From Vicugna vicugna (lineage: Eukaryota): a DNA stretch of 64,000 bases. Positions 25,337-39,100 of the stretch are shown one piece after another. How positions within the stretch are numbered: position 1 is the stretch's first letter; every line of letters starts with the position of its first letter. The stretch is taken from the NCBI GenBank assembly GCA_013265495.1, contig MU063891.1, forward strand, positions 1,550,001 through 1,614,000, given 5' to 3'. The position numbers and the translations under genes are program-made. The notes under the pieces are model-generated. The model was not told the DNA's origin. It did no database searches and saw nothing but the letters and a program-made list of their open reading frames with translations.

Positions 25337-28300
25337 AAAAAAGCTTTCCTTATTTCCTAATTATCTTAAATAAACATTGGCCGTAAAATATGTATTTACT
25401 TGCTCTTAAAAAACAAAAGTGTAGCATGTATTCCTTTCAGCAGATGTCAGAATGGTGGGGAGTTTTGTTTTTCTTTTTTAACATGGGGAGAACACTGTAG
25501 TTCCGAGCATCACCGGGTGTGGTGTAACTGAGAGGAGGAGGGGAGCTGTCGCCCTGAGCTCCCCGTCTGCCCTGGAGGTGCCGGGCTGAGTCGGCCCGGG
25601 GGCTGTGGGCGGCCGAGCCCTGTGGTCCCGCTCTCCCAGCCAGGCCACACGCTTGCCCGAGCGCGCGGTGCCCTGAGTGTCATCTCTTGCCTGTTCAGCT
25701 CCTAGAGGATCAGATGCTCACTGCGACTTGACAGGAGACACATTCTGAATGTGTCACTTGCAGAAAGTGGTTAACACCTATTTTCATTCAAAGCAGATAC
25801 GTGTCTGTTCAGTTTGAACATCACAGATGTGTGTCTTCTGCCTAAGAGTGGGCATGAAAACTGTAGAGAGCCCAGAGAGGCTTCTGGAGTTTTTTACCTA
25901 AAAGACCTCAGAACATAGTTGGTATTTGGTTAGAAGTAACTGTTCTCTGAAGTTTCAGGAGTGACATTTTTTGGGTTCACCTTTTAGCCTTATTGTGACT
26001 TTTTTTTAAAAATGAAGGATTTTAAAAACCTCTAACCATTTTATCTTAAGAATTCTTCCGGGAATCATCTTTGGTTTATTTTAACCAGAAAGCTGATTAG
26101 AGTTCACGGATAGAAAATGATAGGCTGTACAAATAACCACGAAAAATGTTTTTGTCCTTGGCACCTAAAGTCATTGTCAAAGTATTGCCTCATTTCGTTA
26201 TAAAGGGCGTGCAGGGTTTTTATTGTTTGAGACAATGATACAGAAAGCACAGTGTCTCGGGCACCAGAGCTTGATAAATTCAGGTGCTTTCCAAGAAGTT
26301 TAATTTTTAATTTGCATTTTCCCCCCGGGATAGTCACATTGCCCCTCCACCCGTGATTTTGTGGAGTAAATAAAGCATAATCCTTGTTCTGGGTACAGTT
26401 TCTTCTGGGAGATGGCCGGAGGACGAGGGGAGGATGCTGTAGGAGGAGTTAACTGTCCAGTTTGCTGAGCTGAGAAGGGAAGCCCGCGAGCGCTGTTCCT
26501 CCCTCCTAGCTGCTGTGTGGGCCCTCAGCAGCCTGGGAGAAGGGAAGCGCTTAGTCCTGGGACAATGGCTACGTCATAAGGGATTTATCTAAATAGTGCG
26601 GCCTGTTACCTAGCAGGGCAAGCTAAGAAATTCCTGTGGGTGTATCTGGCTTCACTTTCTCATGTACAGTGATCTTGACCAGCTTTCTGACTGAGCCCGC
26701 GTTTACAGAACGTGACCCTGAGTGTGACGACAGTGTGGGGAGTGTCAGCACCTCAGACGTGTACGAGACGCATGGAGCTCTTTGCATGAAAGTTGCTCCG
26801 TGTGGGAGATGCTTTTCGGTGTGAGAAGGCTTCCATCCATCTGTCCATCCATGCTCCATGCAAAGCAAGTTCTCTGCCATTTAGGCCTGTATCTCCCAAA
26901 TCTAAAGCCCTACGTACTGTCCTGATACAGGAGGAGGGGCAAACCCCACTGATTGCTCTCCGGTTATACCCAAGGTATAACTAAACCAAACTCCCTGGCA
27001 AACTAGGTACCATCCTCTCTGAATGACAGGCCCGACGGGGATGAGCTCCGCCCTGAGTGTAGCTGGGGAGGCGTGTTGTTTCCAGCAGTTTCAGTTTGGC
27101 ACACGTCAGGCTGTGGATTCTTCTGCGCTTTTGGTTTCTAGGCAGCTTGTACAAATTTTAAATCTGAATGTAAAGACATATACACCCCCCCCAAACAAAA
27201 CTGAATAAAGTTATAAAAAGCTTAATGACATAATCTCTTCTGCCACAACCCTCAGCAGACAAACCCGGGCCGCTGTCTGTTTAGAGATTCTGGTAGTTAA
27301 ACCGAGGAAACGAAGACAAAGCAGCTGTAAATAACTCAGTTTGTTGCCAAACGCCATTTTTACAATGCAAGCAAATCATGGGTGCTTGACCTCCGAGGGC
27401 CCCTGCAAGAGAAAGGCTCACCCCATGAGGCTAAGTTCTATTGTTGGAGAGATTTCTTCTCCTGTACTTCTTATTAGTCCTGCATTAAAATTCTTAGAAT
27501 TTGCAGATCTTGTTACTGCCAGCAGCGAGCTCAGTCCACGAAGGGGTGCTGCACGTTTCCTGAACACCAGCTTTTTTGGTCTCCCCCAGTCATTTTATCC
27601 TGTGGAAGCTCTTTGGACTCCAGTAAGTGCCCAGGTTCCTTCCTGGCGGGCAGGTACTCATCCGTGCCCACCACCACCAGAAGGAAGGTGACATGATCGG
27701 TCCCACAGTCAGGGTGGCTTAATATTGCTGTGAGAGGTTTGGACTTGAAGAGACCTTAGTGAGTTTATAGACAAGACAGGTTTAATGTGGTTGGCTGACC
27801 AGCTCTAGGTTTGAAAGCAAGGTGATTGTGGTCCTACTGGATGGACAGAAGTCAGATGGAGGCCTGTGGGTATGTGTTCAATGCCTTTAAGTATTTAATA
27901 GTGTGATGGCAGGCAGGGCTAGGAGGGGTCAGCCAGGCCACTTCATATGCATTTGGAGTCTACATCTTGAGCAGTGTGGATCAGTTGAAATAGAAGTCAT
28001 ACTATGGAGATAAAAAAAAGTAAGACTTGCGAGAAAAGGTTTTAAAAATTGGATTTGTTCCATCTAGTGACAGCAGTGTTCAGTGCTCTGGGGATGAGCT
28101 GGCACCAGGGTTCTAGCCGTTGTGCCTCCAGACCGGTCATTGAGTGACTCTTGCCTTAAAACTCTCCTGTAATTAGGAAGCCAGACGTCTTGCCATCTTT
28201 CCCTTTATTCCTGTTTTCAGAGGAGGCTATCACAAGTTACTCTTTATTTTCATAGCACAAAAGTTAAGTGACTTAAATTACATTGGCAAGGTTAAGAATA

Positions 28301-30917
28301 TTTTTGTGAATAATAACTCAGTAGTAAATATATTCTACTACTAACAAACAGTTAACAAATTCATGTATTTTTATGTGGTTATCTTCAATTCTAGTTTTTC
28401 ATGGCTTCGCTAAAAACTGGATCACGGTTTAAAACAAGTCCTGCCTATCTGACCAGCAAGACATTTTACTTGAGTAATATTTCAAAAGCTTTAGGGCAAG
28501 CTATACAAACAGACAACTTATGAGTTTGCTAACTTGTTTATCCCTGCTGTGGGCATTATGCTCATCTATTTATATATTCATTCGTTTCTTATGTTATTAA
28601 TTTTAAGAAATTTTTAAAATAGCCACTGGCATTCACTGTTAAGGACAATGATTTGTGATGGCAGACTAAATAAGATTGCTTGACACTTTTTTATTCAGAA
28701 TTTATAAAAACACGTTTCAGGATGTTAATTTTTTTATGTTATTGCATGAATGATATATTTCCTTTTCCCACAGAACTGAAGCATATTAAAGATGCTATTT
28801 TAATTTAAATTAATTCTGGGAATATAATAAGAATAGCATTAGGGGCGTGTAGGAGGGACTAGAAGAGGGGAGAGCATAGGCTTGTTAGCCCTGCCTCATA
28901 CAGAACAGCAAGAAGTCGCTGGGTCATTTCTCCTCAGTCCCAGACCTCAGTAGCGGGGAGAGGAGCATGGGGTCAGGTGACTCTGAGGCCACCGCTTCCC
29001 CAGAGGGCTCTGCTTCCCCAAGCCCCTTCCCACAGGCTTGCAGCTACATTGATAGGAACATACACAATCAAACAGCCATGACTTTCCTGTCCTTTGTAAA
29101 ATTTAATGCCCAGCCTCTTCTGCATTTTATTTTCCCCCTTTAGAATTGTATTGCTACCAGAAGTGGTTTTTCCAAGAAATAGAGACTAAGGAGGGCTGTA
29201 ATCATTATGTGCAATTCTGCTAATACAATGTGCGATCAAAGCTGAGTTTAGTGTCTAGCCTTAGACCATTGTATAGCCACATGATAAGCACCTTTTGTTA
29301 AAGGAAAAAGGTCAGAGACCTAGGACCAGGGGTGTTTCATCTTGAGCTGCTTCCCATAGCCTGAAGCTCCATGTTTCCCAGTTCTTCCCCAGATCCTGTC
29401 TCCATCCCTGAGATTAAAGGAGAGAGCAGGGAGACTGGTCGTCTTCCCTCTCCTCTCCCTCACTTACTTCTGACCGTGTGCTCCCAGAGACGCCTGCTGG
29501 TGCCGCAGGCTTTCCTGTCCCCACCCCCCCGTTGCACGCTCATGGAGGTGCGGCCCCTGCACAACACAGCCTCCCCCAGCTCAGCCTCTGTCTCTTGTGG
29601 GGGTGCCGTGTCTTAATTTTGAGTGGTCCCGCCTCCTCGCCTGCCACTTCAGCTCCACGGACAGTAATGCCAAATGAGAGCCAAAGGTATAAAATCATGG
29701 CTGCGTGAGGGATGATTGGGAAAAACCACTTTTCTAATGAAAGACATGGTAAAGAATTGTACTTCATTCCTCAAGGAAGAATTGACTGGGAGAGAGATGG
29801 CTGCTTTAATCGTTTCTCCCGGAAGATACCAGCGTGAACTTTGGAAAACATCCTAATCAGGCAGTTCCCTGACAGTCTTCACACAAGGAAGGAGGAAAGT
29901 AATATTGCTGATCCTGTGGACATGTGGGTTGTTCCAGCCTCTTCCATTCCTTTTACTACTTAGACATTTTGTCAGGCTTCTCAAAACAGAGGCCCTGTGA
30001 CGTTCAGGACCTTAGCCAGGTTTGACATATGTGAGTGAAACATTTGAGGGGCAGAGGAAGACCCCATTAGCAGCAGTAACATGCTTTTTGAACAGTGTAG
30101 GAAATGGCCTCATGAAAAGATTGATTCGTGCCAGAAAAAAAGAAAATAAGGGAAACTTCAGAAATAAGATTGTCTTTTAAACCAGTTATGTAATGATGTA
30201 AAATCTGATACAGCCGGATTGTAATTGCAGTGCTGTGTATTCAGGGAGTGTGTATGTCTGTGGTGTGTGTGTGTGCGTGTTTGGGGGAAGGGAGAGAGAT
30301 ACTTTAAAAATTACAGTAAACTGGGCTGCAGTCTCACCATATGCGTTGAATTGAACACAACTCTTCTGCATTTAATGAAGACTTTAGCCTTTAGGGGTAA
30401 ATAAAACGTCCTTAAACGGGGATGGCCTGAATATTTTTTATTGGCTGTAATAATTAAAGCCATGAAAAAGGTGGTGGGGTTATGTTACTTATTAACTTGA
30501 ATCGCTCTTAGATTTGATCAAGACGTGGTTGCTCATGGCGTTTTGTTTCATGTTTGTCCTTTGTTTCATTGACATGCTCTGCCCTGGCCTCTGTGGCACT
30601 GTAAAAGCAGCCAGGCAGCTAGGAACCTGACCCAGAAGGGCTTTTAGACCTCCTATCCAGCTTTCTTCTCATCCCACCGCACCGACCCCAGTGAACTTTT
30701 CAGCCACTAGAAATGAGCCTGAAATCCCCCTATAAAGCTGTGAACTTGGGAGGAGGTGAGAGGAGGGACCTGAGAGAAATCTTCCCCTCTTATAAGGAAA
30801 TGATCAGAGTTCAGGTGTAGCTGAGAGCTTTTAAAGAGTGCTTTTTATTTTGCTCACTTGTTGAGCCAAACATTAAGAAGCAGTGAGGCTGATTCTAAGA
30901 GGAACTTGGAACCCAGA

Positions 30918-31407
30918 TGTATTCGTTTCCTACTGCTGCTATAACAAATCACCACAAATCCAGTGACTTAAAACAACACAGATTTTATATCTTATAGTAT
31001 CTGGAGGTCAGATATCCAAAATCAGTCTCACTGGGCTAATGTCAAGATGTCAGTAAGCCTTTGTTCCTTTCTGGAGACACTAGAAGAAAATCCATTTACT
31101 TGCCTATGCCAGCTTTCAGAGGCCCCTGCCTTCCTTGGCTCAAGACCCCTTCCTCCATCTTCAAAGCCAGCAAGGTTAGGCAGAGTCCGTCTCACATTGC
31201 TGTGTCTCTGATTCTCTCTTTCCTGCCCACCTTCCTCACTTACAAGGACCTTGTGATTGTATTGGCCCCTCCTGGATGATCCAGGATCATCTGTCTCCCC
31301 ATATTTAGCTCAGTTCATTAAAAACCTTAATTCCCCTTTGCCATGTAACCTAACATATTCACAGGTTCCAGAGATTAGGATGTGGCCATTATCCTGCTTA
31401 TCCCACG
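30918..31407. mobile_element. MaLR solo LTR (MLT1D-like)
   Basis: Begins tgtattcgtttcctactgctgctataacaaatcaccacaaat...aaaacaacac, contains ccccttcctccatcttcaaagccagcaa and ccatgtaacctaacatattcacaggttcca, and ends attatcctgcttatcccac. Confidence 0.85.
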
Positions 31408-33014
31408 AGAGAATGTTGATAACGTAAAGGGTAAGTGAATTGGGGAGTTCAGAGGATTGGATAGCAGGCAGATACAGGGTGTGGTATTAGAAGTGGGTCC
31501 TCATAGCTTTTTACAGTTTCTTATAACTGCCACCAGGAGAAACACATACAGGTACATGTGCAGACACACAGATACGCTGTAACATGGTGGGGAAATTCAT
31601 ATTTTTAGCTTAAAAGGAGTTTTTATTTTACCTCAATATCTAATGTTAACTGATGAATATAAAGAGAAAATTCAAGTGTGACATTCAAATAATTTATAAT
31701 TTTAGTTTGGGGGACATTGGCATTTCTTTATTCAAAAAGAGGATCCAATTACTAGTTTTATTGACAAGAATTGAATTAATCATGTTTTGTCTAGCACTAT
31801 AAACGTCCTTTTTGGTGTGCACATCTGTAAAATTTTTAGTTTTAAGTGCTCTGTACGTGTTCTTGTGTGTTCAGTGGCTTTTCTGTGCCCCTTTTCCACA
31901 GTCATCGCTTTGAAGATTGTGGGTAACGTGGTGTCCCCCCATCTCCCGCCCCAGGCCATGGCGAAGTCAACTGAGTTAATAGATGTTGTGAAGTTCTGTG
32001 GAAGAAGAGCACCACCTGCATTTGCATAAAGCAGAGCTGCCCTGGTTAAGCTGTCAACAGCTTCCTAGTAGAAAATGTCCCTGAAATAGAGATGACATTT
32101 ACCTGTAATGGCTTTGCCTGTGAAATTAATGGCATAAGGCTTAAAAAAAAGTTACTATCTTTAAAATTGACTTCTAAGGTTGATCCTATTTTAACAAATT
32201 TTCATCATTTAGTTGCTAAAAAAACTTTGATCTTGCTATAAGACAGGTTACATTGATCCAAAATTGACTTTGCTGGGTCCTGGTGGGCAGAGGTGGGGGG
32301 ATGTACAAAGAAGACACCGCAGGCCTGCAGGGAGCTCAGAAATTTGAGCATATACACGGGAGCACTGTAATCATTGTTACATGGCAGAATAGAGCAGTCT
32401 ACATGGGAGTGAATGAGAGGACGAAACCCAGAAAGCAAAAATTGTTACTTGAAGCATTCGTGAAAAAGGTAGCCCTTGAAACGTGATTCAGAGAGAGAGG
32501 GAGAGAGAGAACTCCAGGCGGGGCTAGACTGTCAGTGCGTATCGAGATTGGAGCTGGAAATGAGCATACTGAACGACACACGTTGGGGCACACGTGTCAC
32601 TGTTTCAGTCAGAGGACAGAGGGAAGGCTGGCGTCAGAGTTGTGCATTAGGGAAACTTGCCTGGCCTGGCGGTGGTAGGCCGAGTGGGTTTGTAGTCCAG
32701 GCCCTGCAGCAACGCAGGCCTGACGAGGCCCTAGGGCAGCACTGAAGGGGGCTCTGGGAATCTGGGGGAGAGGAGAATGGAGAGCTTCTTGGGCAGCTGG
32801 TTAACATTTGGTGGTCATTTTGGTAGGGTCACCGGTTGCATTTTCTCACCCTACACTATCCGCACGGTTGTCTTTTAATGAGCTTTGGGGAGAAGGGTGG
32901 ACTATTGTAAATTCGCCCCCAGGAGCAAAGTGGGTCTTTATAAAGACAGAAAGGGCGCAACGGCGTTTCCTGACACCCTTTACAGTTGGGTCGAGTTTTT
33001 AACTGGTCAGAGAA

Positions 33015-33420
33015 AGAACGTCGCAGAGTTTGTGCGCATGGTCGCCAAATGAGTAGCGAGCGGGCTTAGACCGGGATTGTAGGTGGCTCGCCAGCCGCAA
33101 GTTCCCGTAGCGCCTGCTCTTTATGTGTTCAGAGGAAAGGAAGCTAGTGCTTAATTAGGGGTAGTTTCATCGCCTGCACCGGGAAGGACCCGCATCCAAG
33201 CGATGCAGCGCGTTGTGCGGGGCGAGGGGCCCCAGCTCTTGGATGACGGGGGCGGGGCCCGGGGCCGGGACGCCCCTCTCCGTGGGTGCCCCTGCGTCCC
33301 CGCCCTCCGCCTAGCTTTCTCCCGCGGGCAGTGCGAGCTGACGCTGGGACCACGAGGCCGCCCTGCACACTGGTGCGGGCGGCGGACTTTAGCAGAGGCT
33401 TCAGGGCTGGTGTCGGGTGA
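33015..33420. promoter_or_regulatory. CpG island 1 (promoter-like)
   Basis: About 38 CpG in about 400 bp (hand count). GC boxes gggggcggggc (about 33248) and ccccgccc (about 33297). Possible donor CGG|GTGAGA at about 33417. Confidence 0.65.
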
Positions 33421-35919
33421 GAGTCCAGAGCGTGGAGGAAGAACCTATTGCTTGATTCAGATCTTCTTGTTTAGGTGTGCTCCCGGCTTTGGAGTCGGGC
33501 TTTTGGGCTGGGCACACATGAGATTTCCCAAGCCCCCCCTCCCCCCATCTTCCCTGCAGGGACCGGCTGCGTCTTCCTGGTGGACGCTGGTGGCTCGGTC
33601 CTTTAGCGAAAGGCTTCTGTCCGTAGTGAGGGATCCTGCGCACTCACCAGGGCCTCGGCTTTGGAACCGAGAGAGTTGCTCGGGTCAGGGATCGCTGCAC
33701 CACAGCCGCAGCTGCCCTAAGAGCTGAGTACTTTAATTTTGGTTTCTCCCTTTCATAGTCCATTGTCCTCGTGCTTCTAATTTGGGTCATTATTTGCTTT
33801 CAGGGAGGAGCAGGCAGATGTCAGTGTAGTTCGCCCCGTCATTAAACTTAGCTGAAGTTAGCTGAGAGCGAGGAGCAAGACATGCAAGGATTTAGGGGTG
33901 GCATCGCCAAGTGGGCCCTGCGGAGTTGGTAGTGGCTTTTGGGGACCTGCTTTGGAAAGATGCCACCCTCCCTGCTTGGAAGAGAGATGGGAGCAGGGCG
34001 ATGCGCAGGTGGCTCCAGCACTGCTGGCCAGCCGAGAACGGCGCTCTGCTTAAAAAAAAAAAAAAAGAGGGGCATACGTTTCCCAGGTATGTTTTCTTTA
34101 AAAAACTAATAATTTCACGGGGTGGGCTACTGATTAGACTTCCTGAGGGGGAAATGGTAAATTATAAAAAGATCTGGAACCAGTGAAAACTGGAATCTGT
34201 GATGATGGTGAGAACTCTCTCTTAAGTGGAGATACTCTCAGGACAGTGTGTGCTATGTGGTTTTTAAGTCTGCTCTCTGCCTTTCAATTTAAAGCAGAAT
34301 TGCAGACTTGACCAGCAGCTTAATCAGCAACAGCTTTTTGCTTTTAAAAGTAAATGCAAAAATAAGTAAAATAAGCATCAGGCTTGGGTGCTTGACTGTT
34401 AGATGTTCACTTTTACAAGAACATTTTGGTATATTTTGTTGAAAGATTTCTGTATTCTTGTCTGTCTCTTTACAGAATATTTATATTGATTGACGGTAGA
34501 TATGCATTTTTCAAACTGAAAAAATGTGTTTTAAAAAGTTTGACTAATTTTAATGTTCTGATACATTTGAAAGTAATGTTCTTAGTACTTAGAGGGTGGT
34601 GTCCTGTCTTGCGTAATCTCTTGTTAGAGATTGAGCTAGCTAAGTAAAAACTTTAAAGCCATTTAAAGATTTAGATCTTGACTCAGCGGGAATTTTGGAA
34701 AAATAAGTTTGAGGGGGAATATATTTTCTCTGAAGAAACTTTTCTCACTGTGTCCTCAGTTGCTCATCATGTTTATAACCAAGTGCTTGGGAGTCATAAG
34801 TTTTAATTTCATAGGCACCTGATTTTCTTAGTTTAAACATTTAAGAATGTCATCTTACTTTCAGGGCATGAAAGTTTTAAGCAAGGTAGACTCATTAGCA
34901 TTTTAAAATGTTTGCATTTGTTTTTCTTTATTTTCTACTTTTCTAACTTGAAATTAGTTGGTTTTTTGTTAAAAGATTAACTTTTAAAGTGCTTACTGCA
35001 ATGAAACTACATTGTGTTCAGATATCTCTCAATATTTAGAGAGGCAAATTTAGCTGCTAAACAAAAATAGCATTTTGTAGGAAAATAAAGTACAAAGTTA
35101 GTTTTCCATAATGTGAGCAGTTAGGATTACCTTCATTTAAAAATGGTAAAATTTTAGATCATAATTCTAGTAACTGCATGTATGGAGTGGGACTGAAAAC
35201 ACAATTATCTGAAATTTTGAAAAAATTAAAATCTAATTTTGAAAAATATATATTGAAAGGGGAAGACATATAAGTCATATCACCTTTTTAGTGTAACATT
35301 TCTGTAGTGGGTTTTATTTTTCTACTCCAGTAGTTCATTGCCTATGTTTTTTTATCTTTCACATAAACTTAATTTCTGAGTTGTTCAGAGTAATTCTTCT
35401 AAAACGGATGCAGATTGCTTTAAAGATCAAACCAGTACTGGTAAATAAAGTATATAAAAAGGCTTTTTGTTTTTGGTGCTCTATTTTTCTAGGGACATGT
35501 TTTATGGTTGTAATATTACTCATCCTGAAATAGCTCCTGTACATTTAAAACTAGAATGAAGACATTAATATTCAGAACCAGGTGATCCAGGAACATTTGT
35601 AAATCTTCCTCAGGTGGGACTAAACTTAGACGTTTAACACTCATTTTTTGGAAACTTTTTTTCTTTTGTAGCGGTTATAGTCTGGTGTTTTTCCATAGAA
35701 ATGCTAATATCCTTGTGAAAGGCATGTAGACTAGAGGTTAAACTTTTTTTTTTAAGTATAGTGTACAACGAGAGAAAGTCTCCACATTCTATAAATTAGA
35801 GGAAAAATTGCTACAGCTATGATTGTCTTTGTTCTCAAAGCCATTTGAATTGCAGGCTGTGTTGGGACTGGTTCGTACATTGTTTAACTGCTGAGACTAA
35901 AACTTCTAATTAGAGTAAT

Positions 35920-36155
35920 TACTGGGTGGGAGCTACGGCGGCCTCTGCGGGGATTGGCCCGGGAGCAGGAGGCGGCGCGCGCGGCGGCCGCTGCGGATAT
36001 GAGCCGGCGCCCGGGACGGAGCCCAGAGGAGTCCAGGCTCCGGCCCGCGCCCCAGCGGGATCCCCAGTAAGTAAGGCGTTTCCCGCCCTCCGGGCCGGGC
36101 GCGCCCGCGGCAGCCCGGCGGGTCTGACGGCTGCGCGGGCCTGCGGCCGTCAGCT
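35920..36155 (+). promoter_or_regulatory. CpG island 2: candidate internal promoter and first exon
   Basis: About 35 CpG in about 215 bp (hand count), embedded in AT-rich DNA. GGGTGGG box at 35924-35930, inverted CCAAT (ATTGG) at 35953-35957, and consensus donor CCA|GTAAGT at 36066/36067. Confidence 0.8.
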
Positions 36156-39100
36156 GTTGCTGGTTAGGAGACCTCAGGTGGTTTCTTCTCCGTCTACAAA
36201 ATCCCTTCTCGTTCCCGTCCTTCTAACCTCCTCCTTCTAGCCTCTCCACCGAAGGAGCTGTAGCGGGAAGGAAAGCCAGGTTTGGTTCCCTCTTACTCGT
36301 TCTGCTTCCTAGTCCTGTTCTTATCTGCTCACAGCTGACAGCCCGGTCTGTGGAGTTTGCATTCCCACTACCATGGTGGTATCTTTTGATGTGAATGGGA
36401 GTTCTGGTTGCCTTCAAAAATGCTGTAGGGTGCTTCTGACGGGCTGTTGCCTTTGTTTTCACGCCTTTGTACTTGTTGTAAACATTTTAAACTTTGAGTG
36501 CATTCAAGGGCATGGGCATCTGTATTGTAGTTTTTTGTGTACTCTGTTTACCAAGCCTTCAAGGAAGAGGGAGCGGGTAAACAAATTGATGTGCTCAAGA
36601 AAGTTATACAGAGGGCAGATCGAGCAGGAAAAGAGTAACAAATTACTGCTTCAGACTGGAGCCTTCTTTAGAAATGTTCTTCAGGTTAACTTTATTCTCT
36701 GGAGAAGTGTCCTCTTTCCTTTTTGTCAAGGGGTGTGTGCTGATTGATCTAGAGGGGTTCTGGTCTTTGGTCTCAATTCCTAGCAAGCGTTCTTAGGTCG
36801 AACCGTAGACCAAGTGCTGGAGAGCTAACCAGAGACAATAAAAGAGCCGCGTTTTATACTTTGACTCTAAAGAGAAGTTTGTTTGGATTTCCCTGGAGGG
36901 AGCAGACCTGTTCATGTTTTATTTCTGCGTCAAAGGTAACTATTACTTGTAAAGTTTTGAGATGAGACCCTGCGTTGTGAAATCAGAAAAGTGCTTCTCA
37001 ACCTGTGAAATTGTATTTAGTGATTTAGAAATCTGTGTCCACTTTTTATTTGGGGGGAGATCTGTGATCACTGGTTTTTCAAGTTAACTTGTAAAGAAGT
37101 CAGGCTTCACTTCGAAATAGAATTTGTAGATTATAGTTGATACGTTGTAACTGGTAAAAGCAAAGTGGCAGAAATTCTGTTAAAATGTGAAGACTAAACG
37201 TTTTTAAAGTCTCTCTTTTTAGTTTTAATTATATAAGAAAAGTTTCTAAAAACCTACATAAAGAAAACTACATTTCATTGTAACTTTTTTTTTAAACATA
37301 AATTCCAAGTTAATTTATAAAACATAAGCTAGGATACTTACTGAGGGGAGGAAAAGTTTGATTTTCCATAGATTATTTTCCATGAAAATTGAATAAACAA
37401 TCTGAACTTAGAAATGTCTTAACGTTTCCTGTAATTTCCAAAATTTCTGTGCTATTAAAATGTATTATGCTTATAAAACTGAATTTTTATTATGAATAGG
37501 TTATACATACATAAAGGCAGATACAAAAACAGAAATACTAAAACTTCCTATTGTTTGAGATTTCTTAGAAGTCTGTTAGGAGTAACTTGGAATACTTGAT
37601 ATTTTAGATTCTGCTAGAAAACATGTCTTAGGTTTAATCATGTTCATGCCAACCACCTATGAAAGGTTTTGGTAGGTCTTAGACCTGCTAGGATTTTAAC
37701 GCTATCAATTTCAGGTCTGTTCATGGTTAATATGTATCTGTTTTGCATCTTCGAAGACCTATTTCTCTTGATTAACTTTCAAGTATTTGAACTCACGTGA
37801 GAAACTTTCCACGGCAGCAAACAAGGCCCAGCCTCAGATTTCCTGCTCTCTTGCGTCCACTGCAGGCTGCTTGGGGCCCGTGAGTCCCAAGTTGGAGCTG
37901 AAGGCAGGCTTAAGATTATAATGTCTGCCTTCTCATAGCGGTAAAGAGCATGTCTGGAACTGGAAGAACATTTTTATAACAGTCTCAGTCGGCATGTTAA
38001 GTTGGAAATAGTTCTATCATAATGGGAAGTACATAAATTTTTGAGTTATTCAGCCATTTGTACATAGACTGCAATTTGGGGGTAAACAAACCTGGCATTG
38101 TCCGAGTCCATGTGGTTTAGTGTTCTGTTTCCCATTCACCTGTTTATTTCACCTTCTCACCTGGCAGGCTTCCACAAGACAGCTGTTTCTCTTTCATACA
38201 AAATGCTGGCCCATTAAGAGCTTTTATTCCCTTCAGATGCGCTGATATTGAGATGGAAGAGAGAAAAGGAAGAGTTAAAATGAAGTAAACATTTCTTGAA
38301 AGTATGTGAAACTTGTTCTCTGCCTTTCTTTTTCCTGAAATTCTTAAGTCAGTTTTTTTCACTACAAATTTCTGTAAGTATTTAAGTGACCCTTGAGAAG
38401 ATAATTCTTTGCTAGATCTATTCCTCATAAAACTTTTCAGAGTTAATCCAGGATATAAAACGTCTGGACTAGAATCCAAAAGTGTACAGAAATTGAGTGA
38501 AATCTGACTCCTGGGCTTCATGTGCCTGAAATCATTCTGTGAAAGAAAACTGAGACATTGGATAGTAAATTGTACAGTACTCTCAACACATTTTTATTGA
38601 GTAAAAACAACTTTATTCCTGTATTTTTCCAGCAGTAATTCTTGTGTTTGGACTCCTCACCCTCCTTCACCTCACCCCCGATTCCTCTTTAGTTGTGGTT
38701 GGTGCATGCCTTTCAGGATACTTTGCTTTGTCAACTTTATGATAGAAACCACAACAAATTGTAGACAGATGGCCAAAATTTATGCCTAGTTTGGATTTGG
38801 TAGAAAATGTAAGAAGAATATTAGAAATTAAAGTCTAACCAAAAAGTTATCTATGTTGTTTTGACTGTGAAGGAGAAAGGACAGGCACTAGGAGGAATGG
38901 AATGTTAGTATTTTACACCAGAATGAATACCGAAGAGTGAAATTTGCTTATAAACTAGGTTCTTGGCTTAAAAATATGTTGAGTGTACACTTGTCTGTTC
39001 CCGAGCTGTTCCCATAAGCCGAGCACCAGAGTATGGCTTGGTTTCTCCCTTCTGTTTTTTGTTTTTTTCTCACCTTGCAACTCTTGTTAGTATCATTATC

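Noticed and set aside
36124-36153. 12-bp hairpin CTGACGGCTGCG/TGCGGCCGTCAG after the internal donor
   Set aside because: Short stems are common in DNA of about 80% GC, and there is no independent support.
38144-38521. 125-aa minus-strand ORF in AT-rich DNA
   Set aside because: No recognisable family or splice context. A single ORF of this size in 64 kb is not exceptional.
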